From: an uncultured Verrucomicrobiota bacterium | Lineage (GTDB): Bacteria; Verrucomicrobiota; Verrucomicrobiia; Palsa-1439 | Direction of reading: 5' to 3' | Assembly (NCBI GenBank): GCA_903825435.1 | Contig: CAIKAP010000097.1 | Span: 10,547-74,546 of the forward strand | Length of the DNA: 64,000 nucleotides | Part shown: in pieces, positions 9,037 through 19,643 of the stretch | How the letters are laid out: each line of letters starts with the position of its first letter | Position numbering within the stretch: position 1 is the first letter of the stretch | Position numbers and translations under genes: made by a program | The notes under the pieces: generated by a model | Told to the model about the DNA's origin: nothing | Seen by the model: the letters and a program-made list of their open reading frames with translations, nothing else | Database searches by the model: none

Positions 9037-9618
9037 TCAACGTCGCAGTCGGTAACAGCCTGTGACCCGGTACTGAAAGAGGATGTCCTCTTCCTGAACT
9101 CCTTGTCCGATGTTGTGAATGATCAATGGGACATTCTTGGAGTTTGCACGGTTGGAAACGATGCCGATGTGTGTGATGCCACGACCGAGGTCCCAAGCCA
9201 CGATGTCGCCGGGTTGGTAATCGGCTGGCTTGTCGGAGACCGGCAGGTTGTAACCTTTGCGGGTGAAGTAGGTCGTCAGGTTGGGAACACGGCGGTGGTC
9301 AATGTTCGGGTCGGGTTGCTTCAGCCCCCATTTCTTGGGGTACTGGGCAAAGTTCTGGCGCATGTCCTCGTGCAGTTCTTTTTGCAGGTCAACGCCCTGA
9401 TCGCGCAGCGCGCGCACGATAACGTCTGAGCAGACACCGGTCTCAAGCGGAACGTCGCCGTTGGGGTAGGGCAAGGTTTGGTAAGCCGGATTGTAGCTGC
9501 GCGTCACGCCAATCTGCCGGCGTGCTGACTCCACCAGTTTGAGCGGGTCGAAAGCCAGGCTGACGGAGGCGATCAGAGTCAACGCCACGACTACGCCTGT
9601 GATGCGACGACTCATCAA
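9037..9618 (-). CDS. Secreted DUF1287-family protein
   Basis: Signal peptide. Sequence pattern (CSDVIVRAL...GDIVAWDLGRGITHIGIV) is typical of DUF1287. Confidence 0.55.
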   Translation of the reverse strand: MMSRRITGVVVALTLIASVSLAFDPLKLVESARRQIGVTRSYNPAYQTLPYPNGDVPLETGVCSDVIVRALRDQGVDLQKELHEDMRQNFAQYPKKWGLKQPDPNIDHRRVPNLTTYFTRKGYNLPVSDKPADYQPGDIVAWDLGRGITHIGIVSNRANSKNVPLIIHNIGQGVQEEDILFQYRVTGCYRLRR

Positions 9619-9623
9619 AGATG

Positions 9624-10964
9624 CTACGATCGCAGTTTCTGGCTGATCAGGGACACGAGGTCGGCGATTTTGACGCGGTCTTGTTTCATCGTGTCGCGGT
9701 CGCGGAGCGTGACGGTGTCGAGCAGTTCGGGGCCTTTTTCACCGAGGGTGTCGAAGTCAACGGTGACGCACCACGGCGTGCCTTGCTCGTCTTGGTAGCG
9801 GTAGCGTTTGCCGATGTTGCCGCGGTCGTCCCACTCGGTGGTGAAATGCGGCTGGAGCAGGTCGAAGACTTGACGGGCTTTCTCGACGAGCGGCGGTTTG
9901 TTGCGCAGGAGTGGGAAGACGGCCACTTTCACGGGCGCGATGCGCGGGGCGAACTTCATGACGATGCGGGTATCGCCGGGGGCGATTTCTTCCTCGGTGT
10001 AGGCGGCGCAGATCAACGCGAGGCAGATGCGGTCCACGCCGGCACTGGGTTCGACGACGTGGGGGATATATTTTTCCTTCGTCTCGTCGTCGAAGTACAT
10101 CATGGACTTACCGGAGAATTTTTCGTGCTGGCTGAGGTCGAAGTTGCCGCGGGCGGCAATGCCTTCGAGTTCCTGGACGCCAAACGGGAAGGCGAACATA
10201 ACGTCCACGCAGGCGCTGGCGTAGTGGGCGAGTTCTTCCTTCTTGTATTCGTAGATGCTGAGCTTTTCTTTCGGGAGGCCGATGGTCTCGTACCATTTGA
10301 GGCGTTCGGCGACCCATTTCTGGTGCCAGTCGGCGTCGGTACCGGGTTTGATGAAAAACTCGAGTTCCATCTGCTCGAACTCGCGGCTGCGGAAGGTGAA
10401 GTTGCGCGGGTTGATCTCGTTGCGGAACGCTTTGCCGATCTGGGCGATGCCGAACGGGATTTTCTGGCGGGAGACGCTGAGGACGTTCTGGAACTGAACG
10501 AAGATCACCTGGGCGGTCTCCGGGCGGAGGTAGACTTTGTTGGAGTCATCCTTGACGGGACCGGCGTGGGACTCGAACATCAGATTGAACTGGCGGGCCT
10601 CGGTGTAGTCGTGCGGGCCGCCTTCGGGGCATTTGGTTTCGGGCAACTGGTCGGCGCGCCAGCGGCCTTTGCATTTCTTGCAGTCCACCATCGGGTCGCT
10701 GAAGCTGGTGACGTGGCCGGAGGCTTCCCACACCTTGGGGTGGGTGATGATGGTGCCGTCAATGCCGACGACGTCGGTGCGCCGGCGGACGGTGTCGTTC
10801 CACCAGGCGTCGCGGACGTTGCGTTTGAGTTCAGCGCCCATGGGGCCGTAGTCCCAAAAGCCGTTGATGCCGCCGTAGATTTCGCTGGATTGGAAGACGA
10901 AACCGCGCCGTTTGCAGAGGGCGACGATCTTGTCCATGAGATTGACTGGTTTGGTGTCCGCCAT
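9624..10964 (-). CDS. glyQS: Glycine--tRNA ligase (dimeric class II GlyRS)
   Basis: Strong similarity throughout to alpha2-type GlyRS (FQSSEIYGGINGFWDYGPMG..., class II motifs). Confidence 0.9.
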   Translation of the reverse strand: MADTKPVNLMDKIVALCKRRGFVFQSSEIYGGINGFWDYGPMGAELKRNVRDAWWNDTVRRRTDVVGIDGTIITHPKVWEASGHVTSFSDPMVDCKKCKGRWRADQLPETKCPEGGPHDYTEARQFNLMFESHAGPVKDDSNKVYLRPETAQVIFVQFQNVLSVSRQKIPFGIAQIGKAFRNEINPRNFTFRSREFEQMELEFFIKPGTDADWHQKWVAERLKWYETIGLPKEKLSIYEYKKEELAHYASACVDVMFAFPFGVQELEGIAARGNFDLSQHEKFSGKSMMYFDDETKEKYIPHVVEPSAGVDRICLALICAAYTEEEIAPGDTRIVMKFAPRIAPVKVAVFPLLRNKPPLVEKARQVFDLLQPHFTTEWDDRGNIGKRYRYQDEQGTPWCVTVDFDTLGEKGPELLDTVTLRDRDTMKQDRVKIADLVSLISQKLRS

Positions 10965-11055
10965 AGTGGGGCGGACTATGGCGAAAGCGTTCCGTCAAGT
11001 CAAGGCGTCGCGGCGGTTGCAAAAAGGATGTTGTCGCGGTATAAAGTGAGTAGTC

Positions 11056-14000
11056 ATGGCTTATGCTTCCTTTCCTAGCTTACGCGGGCGCCTTGGCACC
11101 GTGGTTCTGCTGGCGTTGCTGCCAGTGCTGGCGTTGACGGTTTACACGGGGCGGCGGCAATATCAGTTGGATGGCGAGGCAGCCGAGGAGCATGCAGTGC
11201 GGCTGGCGCGGCATGTGAGCTTTGCGCAGCGTGAATTGCTGGAGAAGACTCACCAGTTGCTGCTGGAGATGGCGAAGTCGTCCGCCGTGCGCGACCTCGA
11301 TGCAGAACGATGCCGCGCTTTCATGAGTGGGACATCTTGCGTGAACCTGGGTGTGACGGACGCGCAGGGCCTCGTTATCAGTAGTGCGCTAACGGGGCTG
11401 GTTTCCGTTGCCAATGAACCTTGGTTCCGTCGCACGCTACAGACTCGCGATTTTTTCGCAGGCGGCTACGAGATGAACACAGCAACGAGGTCTACGACGT
11501 TAATGGTAGGGTACCCGTTGTTGAGCGCGCAGGGTGCGGTGCGCGCGGTGGTGTTTGCGGTGATAGACTTGCAGTGGGTGGCGCGGCTGGCAGAGATGAT
11601 GGAGTTACCCGAAGGCGCGAGTATGAAGGTGTTGGATCGCGGCGGAAAAACGCTTATGTCACTTCCGTCAGACGTGGACGAGGCGTTCGTCGAGGAGACG
11701 TTGCAACGCGCGGTGGCGAACCGCGTGATGGCAGGCGCGGTACGCGGTGCTGGGCGGTTGTACGGTGTGTCCCCCTTGTACGCCGGGCAAAAACGACCGT
11801 CCATATTTGTGGCGGTGGCCATTCCGTCGGCGTTGGCCTTCGAGCGGGCGCGTCAGAACCTGATTCACGACATCGTGTTGTGGGTGCTCGCGGTGCTGTT
11901 GATGTTGCTGGCGCTGCATCTGGCGGGGCACGTGTTGTTTGTACGTCCGATCCAGTTGGTGATCGCCGCGACGAAGCGCCTCGCCTGCGGCGACCTGAAC
12001 ACGCGCGTTGGCTCAACGGGCGGCGGACGCGAACTGGAGCAGTTGGGGCATTCGTTTGATGAGATGGCGGAGGCGTTGGCGCGTCAGTCCACCCAACTAC
12101 AGCAGTCCGAGGAACAATTCCGCCAAGTTGTCGAGACCTCGCCGTTGGGAATGCATTTCTGGCAGTTGCAGCCCGACGGGCAACTCGTGTTTACGGGTGC
12201 CAACCGTGTTGCGGATGAGATACTGAATATCGAGCACGCCTCGCTGGTCGGCAAGCCGATTCTCGAAGCGTTCCCGTGGCTGGCGGGCACGGAGGTGATA
12301 GATCGTTACCGCGAAGTGTGCGTGCTTGGTGTGCCATGGCACAGCGAAGAAACCCGTTATGTGGGCGATCAGGTCTCGGGTGTCTATGAAGTGTTCGCTT
12401 TCCGCACATTGACCGGCAGCATGGCGGCGATGTTCTCCGACATCACCGAACGGCGCAAGGCCATCGAAGCATTGCGCGAGAGCGAACAACGATTTCGTCA
12501 GCTCTTCGAAAACTCTCCCGACGCGATCTTTGTCGAAAACCTCGAAGGCATAGTGCTCGACGTCAACCCTGCCGCCTGCCATCTGCACGGCATACCGCGC
12601 GAGAAACTCATCGGTCTCCACGTCACCGACCTGGTTCCGGCTGAACAGCGCGAACAGGTCGCCCGCGATTTCCAAAAAGTGGTGAGCGGCGAATGGACCT
12701 ACTTTGAAAGCCAGAGCTACACTGCATCTCAACGCGCTATGTCTGTTGAGATCAGCGTCGCCCACATCGAATACGACGGCAAGATCGCCATCCTGCTTCA
12801 CGTCCGCGACATCAGTAACCGCAAACGCGCCGAACTGGCCGTTTTGGAGAGCGAGACCCGTTTTCGCCATCTTTCCGAGGCCACCTTTGAAGCCATCGTC
12901 CTCACCGACGCCGGCCACATCATCGACGCCAACAGCCGCCTTGTTGAAATGCTTGGCTACCAGCTCACCGAGTTGATCAATAAATCGCTTTCCGACCTAA
13001 TCGCACCCGAATCACTCGACTTCGTGAACGAGTACATGCGCTCCGGTTCCGACAAGTCGTTGGAGTTCCTCGCTCGCCGCAAAGACGGCTCTACCGTCGC
13101 CATCGAAGCCCACGGTCGTACTCTTCCATTCAAAGGCCATTTTGTTCGCGTTATCGCAATGCGCGACATGACCGACGAGAAACGCTCCCAAGAGACAATG
13201 CTGCGACTCGTCACCGCTGTCGAACAAACTGTCGAGGCCATTGTCATTACCGATCCTAAAGGTGTGATCATCTACGCCAACCCCTCCTTTGAGGTCATCA
13301 CCGGTTACACTGTGGACGAAGCCATCGGCCAGAACATCCGCATCCTCAAGAGCGGCAAACACGACACCGCCTTCTACCGCGACCTCTGGGAAACCATTAG
13401 CCGTGGCGACGTCTGGCGTGGTTTCTTTTTCAACCGCAAAAAAGACGGCACACTCTACCAGGAAGAAGACACCATCAGTCCCATCAAAGACACTCAGGGT
13501 CGCATCACTAGCTACGTTTCCGTCAAGCGCGATGTCACCCACGAAATGGCTCTCGAACTCCAGCTCCTCCAGTCCCAAAAAATGGAAGCCGTCGGCCGCC
13601 TTGCCGGCGGCGTCGCCCACGACTTCAATAATATGCTCACCGCCATCACCGGCTACGGCGAACTCAGTATTACCCGCCTCCCCAAGGGAGACCCACTTCG
13701 CCACAACCTCGATGAAATCCTCAAGGCTGCCGACCGCGCCACCACGCTCACCCGCCAACTCCTCGCCTTCAGCCGAAAACAAGTCCTCGATACCCGTATA
13801 TTCGACCTCAACGAACTCATCACCAACATCCAGAACATGCTTCGCCGTCTCATCGGTGAAGACGTCGAACTGGTCATCCTCCTCGAACAAGCTTCCATCT
13901 GGCCCATCAAAGCCGACCCCGGCCAGATCGAACAAGTCCTCCTCAACCTCGTCATCAACGCCCGCGACGCCATGCCGCTCGGCGGCAAACTCACCATCCT

Positions 14001-14715
14001 CACCGCCAACGTCACCGTGGACGAGTCCTTCGCCCGCCAACACATCGGCATGGTCGCCGGCGACTACGTCCTCATGTCCGTCGCCGACACCGGCATCGGC
14101 ATGAGCGACGAAATCAAGCCCCACCTCTTCGAGCCGTTCTTCACCACCAAGGAAGGCGGCAAAGGCACCGGCCTCGGCCTCGCCACCTCCTACGGCATCA
14201 TCAAACAGAGCGGTGGCCAGATCGCTGTCACCACCAAAATAGGCGCTGGCAGCACCTTTGATATCTACCTACCGGGGATGGGGGGGAAAACGCTGTCCAA
14301 CGGCCGGGCCGCTCGCGTCATGGAAGAAACGCCCCGCAGCCGCGGCAACGAGACCATTCTGCTCGCCGAAGACGAAGAAGCTGTTCGTGAGTTGACCCAG
14401 ATGATTCTACGCGAGCTCGGCTACAACGTCCTCAGCGCCGAGAACGGCGTGCGCGCCCTCCAACTCGTCCACGACCACAGCGACCAACGCATCGATGTGT
14501 TGCTGACCGACATTGTCATGCCTCAGATCGGCGGGCGCGAACTCGCCGAGCGGATGCGCAAGACACAGCCTGACCTCAAAGTACTCTTCATCACCGGCTA
14601 CAGCATCGAGGCCGAACGGATCAGCGGCATGCTTTCCTACACCACGTCCTATCTGCCCAAGCCGTTTACCCCTTCCGCACTCGGTCGGAAAATCCGCGAA
14701 GTCCTCGACGTTTGA
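11056..14715 (+). CDS. Hybrid sensor histidine kinase/response regulator with multiple PAS domains
   Basis: N-terminal TM/periplasmic sensor. Several PAS folds ([30 protein letters not shown] etc.). HisKA H-box [10 protein letters not shown], HATPase G-boxes, and a C-terminal REC domain ([11 protein letters not shown]...DIVMP). Confidence 0.9.
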   Translation: MAYASFPSLRGRLGTVVLLALLPVLALTVYTGRRQYQLDGEAAEEHAVRLARHVSFAQRELLEKTHQLLLEMAKSSAVRDLDAERCRAFMSGTSCVNLGVTDAQGLVISSALTGLVSVANEPWFRRTLQTRDFFAGGYEMNTATRSTTLMVGYPLLSAQGAVRAVVFAVIDLQWVARLAEMMELPEGASMKVLDRGGKTLMSLPSDVDEAFVEETLQRAVANRVMAGAVRGAGRLYGVSPLYAGQKRPSIFVAVAIPSALAFERARQNLIHDIVLWVLAVLLMLLALHLAGHVLFVRPIQLVIAATKRLACGDLNTRVGSTGGGRELEQLGHSFDEMAEALARQSTQLQQSEEQFRQVVETSPLGMHFWQLQPDGQLVFTGANRVADEILNIEHASLVGKPILEAFPWLAGTEVIDRYREVCVLGVPWHSEETRYVGDQVSGVYEVFAFRTLTGSMAAMFSDITERRKAIEALRESEQRFRQLFENSPDAIFVENLEGIVLDVNPAACHLHGIPREKLIGLHVTDLVPAEQREQVARDFQKVVSGEWTYFESQSYTASQRAMSVEISVAHIEYDGKIAILLHVRDISNRKRAELAVLESETRFRHLSEATFEAIVLTDAGHIIDANSRLVEMLGYQLTELINKSLSDLIAPESLDFVNEYMRSGSDKSLEFLARRKDGSTVAIEAHGRTLPFKGHFVRVIAMRDMTDEKRSQETMLRLVTAVEQTVEAIVITDPKGVIIYANPSFEVITGYTVDEAIGQNIRILKSGKHDTAFYRDLWETISRGDVWRGFFFNRKKDGTLYQEEDTISPIKDTQGRITSYVSVKRDVTHEMALELQLLQSQKMEAVGRLAGGVAHDFNNMLTAITGYGELSITRLPKGDPLRHNLDEILKAADRATTLTRQLLAFSRKQVLDTRIFDLNELITNIQNMLRRLIGEDVELVILLEQASIWPIKADPGQIEQVLLNLVINARDAMPLGGKLTILTANVTVDESFARQHIGMVAGDYVLMSVADTGIGMSDEIKPHLFEPFFTTKEGGKGTGLGLATSYGIIKQSGGQIAVTTKIGAGSTFDIYLPGMGGKTLSNGRAARVMEETPRSRGNETILLAEDEEAVRELTQMILRELGYNVLSAENGVRALQLVHDHSDQRIDVLLTDIVMPQIGGRELAERMRKTQPDLKVLFITGYSIEAERISGMLSYTTSYLPKPFTPSALGRKIREVLDV

Positions 14716-14756
14716 TGGCCGGAACAAAACCGGCTTACCCGCCGCAGGCGGGAACA

Positions 14757-15764
14757 TCAGTGCTGGTTGCGGGTGAAACTCTGCATCAGCTCCTGAGGCG
14801 AACAGGTCGCGGTGCCGACTTTGCCGACCACGATGCCGGAGGCGTGGTTAGCGATCTCGGCGGCCTCGACCGGGCTGGCTTTGGAGGCCAACGCCAGTGT
14901 CAGCGATGCAATCGCCGTGTCGCCGGCACCGGATACGTCGAAGACTTCCTGCGCGACGGTCGGGATGTGGTGCGGTTTCTTCCCGGCGCGGAACAGGCAC
15001 ATGCCGTGTTCTCCGAGCGTGATGAGGAGGTTGTTGGGCTGCCATTTCTTGAGGAGCGTTTCGCCAACGCTCATCAGCGGCGTGTCGCGGAGGACGTCGT
15101 CGGACGGCTCGGCCGGCGCGGCACCGGCGGCGGCGAAGGCTTCCATTCGGTTCGGCGTGATCGCCGTGAGGCGCGAGTAGCGGAGGAGGTGGCGGGCGTT
15201 GGGATCGGCGGTGGTGATTTTGCCGCGACGGTGGGCAAGGCGTTGCAGTTGGTCGAGAAGGCTCTGGGAGAGCACACCCTTGGCGTAGTCCTCGAAGATG
15301 ACGGCGGACGCGTCGTCGAGCGATTGTTCGTAGTGGCGCAGAAACACCTCTTCCAACAGCGGGGTCAACAGTGCCACTCGTTCGCGGTCGAACCGGACGA
15401 TTTGCTGGTGTTGGGCGACGACGCGGGTTTTCAGCGTTGTCGGGCGTTGGTCGTCGGTGAGAAGTCCGTCGGTATCAATGCCGCCTTCGCTGAGCAGGTC
15501 GCGGAGGACTTCGCCGGCATGGTCGTCGCCGACAATGCCGAGGATGCTGACGACGGCGCCGAGGGCGCGGAGGTTGCGGGCGACGTTGGCGGCACCGCCG
15601 GGAAAGTAGGATTCGCGCGTGACTTCGACGACAGGGACGGGCGCCTCGGGGGAGATGCGATTGACTTTGCCCCATAGAAACTGGTCTAGCATGACGTCGC
15701 CGACGACGAGGATGCGTTGTTTGGGGAAGCGGCGGAGGATGGCTTGGAGATGTTGCGCGTTCAT
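14757..15764 (-). CDS. D-glycero-beta-D-manno-heptose-7-phosphate kinase (RfaE domain I, PfkB family)
   Basis: Q(R/K)ILVVGDVMLDQFLWGKVNRISPEAPVPVV is the signature N-terminus of the HldE/RfaE kinase domain. The PfkB GAGD motif is present. Confidence 0.8.
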   Translation of the reverse strand: MNAQHLQAILRRFPKQRILVVGDVMLDQFLWGKVNRISPEAPVPVVEVTRESYFPGGAANVARNLRALGAVVSILGIVGDDHAGEVLRDLLSEGGIDTDGLLTDDQRPTTLKTRVVAQHQQIVRFDRERVALLTPLLEEVFLRHYEQSLDDASAVIFEDYAKGVLSQSLLDQLQRLAHRRGKITTADPNARHLLRYSRLTAITPNRMEAFAAAGAAPAEPSDDVLRDTPLMSVGETLLKKWQPNNLLITLGEHGMCLFRAGKKPHHIPTVAQEVFDVSGAGDTAIASLTLALASKASPVEAAEIANHASGIVVGKVGTATCSPQELMQSFTRNQH

Positions 15765-16702
15765 TTCAATTCTTCCAGGACAGCGGCGGCCCAGAGTGGG
15801 ACGAGCAGTTCGTGGTGCCCGATGATGTAGTAGCCTTGCCCGCCCTTGGCGGTGGGCCGTCGGACGATGTTTTCCAAGGGGCGGTAGTGGCGGTTCATGT
15901 CGAAGGTGGCGGTGGTGAAATGGTCAACGGTGTGGCCGAGGTTGCGCGCGATGGTCAACGCCTTGAGGAAAACTTCCGGCATGATGACGGCGCTGCCGAT
16001 GTTGAGGACGACGCCGCCTTCGAGTTGCGCGATGACGGCGGCGAGTGTCTGGAAGTCGAGGTGGCTGGCTTCGCCGAGCACGGCGCCGTCGGTGGTCGGA
16101 TGCTGGTGGATGATATCGGTGCCGATGGCGATGTGAACGGTGACGGGGATGTTGCTGGTGACGCCGGCGTGGAGGAGGCTGAGTTGTTTGCAGGGGAAGA
16201 TGCCTTTGACGATGGCTTCGCCGAGCGCGCGTCCGGCGCCGATGCCTTGGGCGACGCCGTCGGCGAGCGCAGCGTTCATGAGGCGGCCGGTTTCATCAAT
16301 CATTCCAAAGCTGCCGTCGTTGAGGCCATGCTGGACGTCTTCGCTGGTGGCGCCGATGAGTGCGAGTTCGAAATCGTGGATGGCGCCGGCACCGTTGAAG
16401 GCTAGGGAGTTGATGACGCCGCGGCGGATGAGGTCGAGGAGGATGGGATTGAGGCCGCATTTGATGGGGTGGGCGCCCATCATGACGAGGACGGGGCGGT
16501 GGTTACGGACGGCGTCGGCGGTGGCGGTGACGAGGGCGCGGAAATCGTTGCCGATGAGGATGCGTGGAAGCGATTCGAGGAAGGCGGCGAAGGTGGCACC
16601 GGGTTGCCAGGGGCTGGCGAGTTCGTCGCGGTGGACTTTGTTGTCGCGCTCACGGAGCGGGTAGGTGCGGATGCGACCGAAGTCGAGTGGGGGAAAGTTC
16701 AT
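15761..16702 (-). CDS. Hypothetical protein, possibly a deoxyhypusine-synthase-like (DHS-fold) family member
   Basis: Weak pattern resemblance to DHS family proteins (VLVMMGAHPIK.GL...I...N....GAGA; NIGSAVIMPE). Not confirmed. Confidence 0.3.
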   Translation of the reverse strand: MNFPPLDFGRIRTYPLRERDNKVHRDELASPWQPGATFAAFLESLPRILIGNDFRALVTATADAVRNHRPVLVMMGAHPIKCGLNPILLDLIRRGVINSLAFNGAGAIHDFELALIGATSEDVQHGLNDGSFGMIDETGRLMNAALADGVAQGIGAGRALGEAIVKGIFPCKQLSLLHAGVTSNIPVTVHIAIGTDIIHQHPTTDGAVLGEASHLDFQTLAAVIAQLEGGVVLNIGSAVIMPEVFLKALTIARNLGHTVDHFTTATFDMNRHYRPLENIVRRPTAKGGQGYYIIGHHELLVPLWAAAVLEELK

Positions 16703-16703
16703 G

Positions 16704-17498
16704 TCAGTCCTTGGAGACGAGACGCAGGCGCTGTGCGAGAGCGGGGTTGGCCGTCTGAACTTCGGTGAGTTGAAGGCGAACGCTGCCGAGTGTCATGTTG
16801 GAGATCAGAACCAGCGGCAACTTCTGTGCATCGTCGCTGACCCAAACCCACATGTGTCCTTTGTTGGCGGCGACGATGGTGATGGTGGGATTCGGTTCAA
16901 TGCGGACGGCGGGCACGTCGCCGAGCGGGTTGGTCCAGATGGTTTTGCGTTGATTGGGAGTGATGCGGACAAGGCGGTTGGTGTCGCCGGCATTGACGAG
17001 GAAGTTTTGTGGCTGGTTGAGTTGGAGCGGACGGGTGCGAACATAATATAGAGCGGAGACGATGTCCAAAAGTGGTTTGTCCATCGGCAGGGTGGTGACG
17101 GCGCCGTTCAGGTGGTTGGTGATGGTGAAGTTGTTGTTGACGTAGTCGTAGTGGGTTTCGCTGAGCTTGGTGTGTTTGCCTTCGATGCGGTGCTGGCGAT
17201 AACGGCGTGCGTAAAGCTCTTTCGCGTCGAGCCAGCTCTCCATTGTGTTATCCACGTGAAACAGCATGCCCACCAAGCCGCTGGTCTGTGCCTTGGCGAT
17301 AAGGTGATAACAATCATGGCCGTCCACCGCCTCGATGTCCGACACCTCCAAGGAGGCGCTTCCGGCGACGAATGGTCCCCAATAAATCGTATAGTTGAGT
17401 TTTTCGCCGACATGAAATGGGAAGTTGGCGCCGTTGTCGGCAAGGCCAGCGGCTGTTGTCACCAACAGGACTGCGAGGATGGTGGCGAGTGTTCTCAT
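16704..17498 (-). CDS. Secreted DUF3108-like protein
   Basis: Signal peptide MRTLATILAVLLVTTAAGLA. The composition and the YTIYWGPFVAGSASLEV motif resemble DUF3108. Tentative. Confidence 0.4.
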   Translation of the reverse strand: MRTLATILAVLLVTTAAGLADNGANFPFHVGEKLNYTIYWGPFVAGSASLEVSDIEAVDGHDCYHLIAKAQTSGLVGMLFHVDNTMESWLDAKELYARRYRQHRIEGKHTKLSETHYDYVNNNFTITNHLNGAVTTLPMDKPLLDIVSALYYVRTRPLQLNQPQNFLVNAGDTNRLVRITPNQRKTIWTNPLGDVPAVRIEPNPTITIVAANKGHMWVWVSDDAQKLPLVLISNMTLGSVRLQLTEVQTANPALAQRLRLVSKD

Positions 17499-17545
17499 GA
17501 CGATGGCGAAGTATAGTCGGCTTGCGATAAAAGACAGCAAAAAAC

Positions 17546-17575
17546 GTTGACGCCAGCGTTGAGGTAGTGCTATAC
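17546..17575 (+). promoter_or_regulatory. Candidate sigma70-type promoter (TTGACG -18 nt- TATACG) for the LysM lipoprotein gene
   Basis: Direct reading. It is followed by AAGGAGG, an RBS, 8 nt before the ATG at 17606. Confidence 0.25.
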
Positions 17576-17605
17576 GCCTTACCAAGCAAGGAGGATGTAA
17601 CGCTT

Positions 17606-18187
17606 ATGAATAGCCGTCATCGTATTTCTTTATTGGTGTGTGCCGCAATTGTGTTGATCGTCGGTGGATGTGCCACTGGCCCGAAGAAACTGGAGCCGGT
17701 CACCACGCCGCCACCGCAGAGCCAGCTCCTCAAGGGGCTTGATGTTGTGCAACAGCCCGAGCTCGAAGCCGACTGGGCAGATTTCGTGAAACAGAAGTAT
17801 CCCCTCTGGCGCCAACACTACTGGGTGGATCGCGGCCAGTGGGGCAACCGCGGCTACCTTGTCGGCGGTCCTGCGCCCGCGACCGCGCCTGCCGAAGCGC
17901 AGATCACGCCGTTGCCCGTCGCACCCGTGCAGCCCGTCGTCACCGCGCCGCCGGTGGTGGAGCCGGTTGCTCCGCCCGTCATCGTGGAAACCCCGGCGCC
18001 AAAAATCGAGAAGACCGAGAAGCCGACCACCTACACAGTCAGAAAGGGTGATTGCCTCTGGCGCATCGCCGGGCGCGTGTACGGCAACCCGTTCAAGTGG
18101 CCGCGCATCTACAAATCCAACAAAGACAAGATCAAGAGTGCCAACAAGGTTTACCCCGGCCAAGTCCTGACGATTCCGCAGGACTAA
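17606..18187 (+). CDS. LysM-domain lipoprotein (peptidoglycan-binding)
   Basis: Lipobox LIVGGC. C-terminal LysM (YTVRKGDCLWRIAGRVYGNPFKWPRIYKSNKDKIKSANKVYPGQVLTIP). Strong RBS. Confidence 0.8.
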   Translation: MNSRHRISLLVCAAIVLIVGGCATGPKKLEPVTTPPPQSQLLKGLDVVQQPELEADWADFVKQKYPLWRQHYWVDRGQWGNRGYLVGGPAPATAPAEAQITPLPVAPVQPVVTAPPVVEPVAPPVIVETPAPKIEKTEKPTTYTVRKGDCLWRIAGRVYGNPFKWPRIYKSNKDKIKSANKVYPGQVLTIPQD

Positions 18188-18195
18188 GCTTGGCC

Positions 18196-19191
18196 ATGGC
18201 CAACGAGACATTGCACTTCGACAACGCCCGCCTCGCGCAGGCGCTCTACGCTAACGAACCTAAGAACCTCCGTCTCCTCGAAGACCTCCTGAGCCTCCGC
18301 GTCGCTGCGCGCGAAGACTGGATCGGCATCGAGGGCGAACAGCCAAACGTCGACAAGGCCAAGGAACTCTTTAGCATCCTCCAGAAAGCCGTCAGCCGCG
18401 GCGCCACTATCCGCCGGCAGGAATTTACCCAAGCTGTCAACGCCGTCACCCGCAACGAAGTCCCGCCGCTGCCGGAGTTGAGCGAAGAACGCATTGAGGT
18501 TTCCAATCGCCGTCGCGCCGTCGCGCCGAAAACGCCGGGACAAAAACGCTACGTCGAGGCGATTCGTAAAAACGACATCGTCATCGGCATCGGCCCCGCC
18601 GGCACCGGCAAGACCTACCTCGCGATGGCGATGGCCGTCAACGCGCTCCGGCGCGAACGTGTCGGCCGCATCATCCTCTGCCGCCCCGCCGTCGAAGCCG
18701 GCGAGACACTCGGCTTCCTGCCGGGATCGCTGGAGGAAAAAGTTTCGCCGTACTTGCGCCCGTTGCTCGACGCGCTGTACGACATGATGGACCCCGACGA
18801 AATCCAGCGCAACATGGAGCGCGGTGTCATCGAGATCGCCCCGCTTGCGTTCATGCGCGGGCGCACGCTGAACAACGCCTTCGTCATCCTCGACGAAGCC
18901 CAGAACACCACCAGCGAACAGATGATGATGTTCCTCACCCGAATGGGCTTCGACTCCAAGGTCGTCGTCACCGGCGACATCACGCAAGTGGATCTCCCCG
19001 GCCACAAAGTCTCCGGCCTCGTGGAGATTCAGGGTGTCCTCCAACAGATCCCCGGCCTCTCCTTCGTGTATTTCGACGGCAAAGACGTTGTCCGCCACGA
19101 ACTCGTCCAGAAGATCGTCGCGGCCTACACGTTGTTCAAGGAAGAGCGGGAACGCCAACGCCAATCCGCCGCCGACAAACCCCGCCCCTGA
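18196..19191 (+). CDS. phoH: PhoH-family ATPase
   Basis: Walker A GPAGTGKTYLAM, and a PhoH signature throughout. Confidence 0.9.
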   Translation: MANETLHFDNARLAQALYANEPKNLRLLEDLLSLRVAAREDWIGIEGEQPNVDKAKELFSILQKAVSRGATIRRQEFTQAVNAVTRNEVPPLPELSEERIEVSNRRRAVAPKTPGQKRYVEAIRKNDIVIGIGPAGTGKTYLAMAMAVNALRRERVGRIILCRPAVEAGETLGFLPGSLEEKVSPYLRPLLDALYDMMDPDEIQRNMERGVIEIAPLAFMRGRTLNNAFVILDEAQNTTSEQMMMFLTRMGFDSKVVVTGDITQVDLPGHKVSGLVEIQGVLQQIPGLSFVYFDGKDVVRHELVQKIVAAYTLFKEERERQRQSAADKPRP

Positions 19192-19643
19192 TGCCCGTCG
19201 CCATCCGCAACCAACAGCGGTTGCACAAAGTCGCCACCGCCCGACTGAAGAAGCTGGCGCAACGCGCCCTCGACCTGCTCGACGCTTCCGACGACAACCT
19301 CAGCCTCGTCATCGTCAACGACACCAGCATCCGCGAACTCAACCGCGAGTTCCACGCCACCGACACCCCGACCGACGTGCTCTCCTTCGACTACGGCGAT
19401 GGCGAACTTGAAGTCATCGTAAACATCAAGCGAGCGTTTGCCGTGGCGGAACAATACCGGAACACGGCGTCGCAAGAGTTGGCGTTGTACGTCATCCACG
19501 GCATCCTCCACCTTCACGGCTTCGACGACCTCACACCCGCCAAACGCCGGAAGATGCGCGCTGCCGAGCGACGACTGCTCAAGAGTTTGGCGGCGGAGTG
19601 TCTGTCTTTGCAAATTAACCGCAAGGCAAGCCGGCCATCATGA
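19191..19643 (+). CDS. ybeY: Endoribonuclease YbeY (rRNA maturation factor)
   Basis: HGILHLHGFDD metal-binding motif. About 150 aa. Sits in the conserved phoH-ybeY arrangement. Confidence 0.9.
   Translation: MPVAIRNQQRLHKVATARLKKLAQRALDLLDASDDNLSLVIVNDTSIRELNREFHATDTPTDVLSFDYGDGELEVIVNIKRAFAVAEQYRNTASQELALYVIHGILHLHGFDDLTPAKRRKMRAAERRLLKSLAAECLSLQINRKASRPS

Noticed and set aside
9621-11078. 485-aa ORF on the plus strand
   Set aside because: It is antisense to the strongly supported glycine-tRNA ligase gene, and its translation is Gly/Ala/Val/Asp-rich low complexity. This is typical of stop-codon-poor high-GC antisense frames.
12097-14124. Long minus-strand ORFs (273 and 370 aa) inside the sensor kinase gene
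   Set aside because: Antisense to a well-supported 1219-aa kinase. Composition-biased translations with no motifs.
14716-14752. Bidirectional terminator between the convergent sensor kinase and heptose kinase genes
   Set aside because: A CCCGCC-GCA-GGCGGG hairpin exists, but it has only a 6-bp stem and no clear U-tract on either strand. Too weak to call.
14712-15677. 321-aa plus-strand ORF
   Set aside because: Antisense to the heptose kinase gene.
18184-19164. 326-aa minus-strand ORF
   Set aside because: Antisense to phoH.
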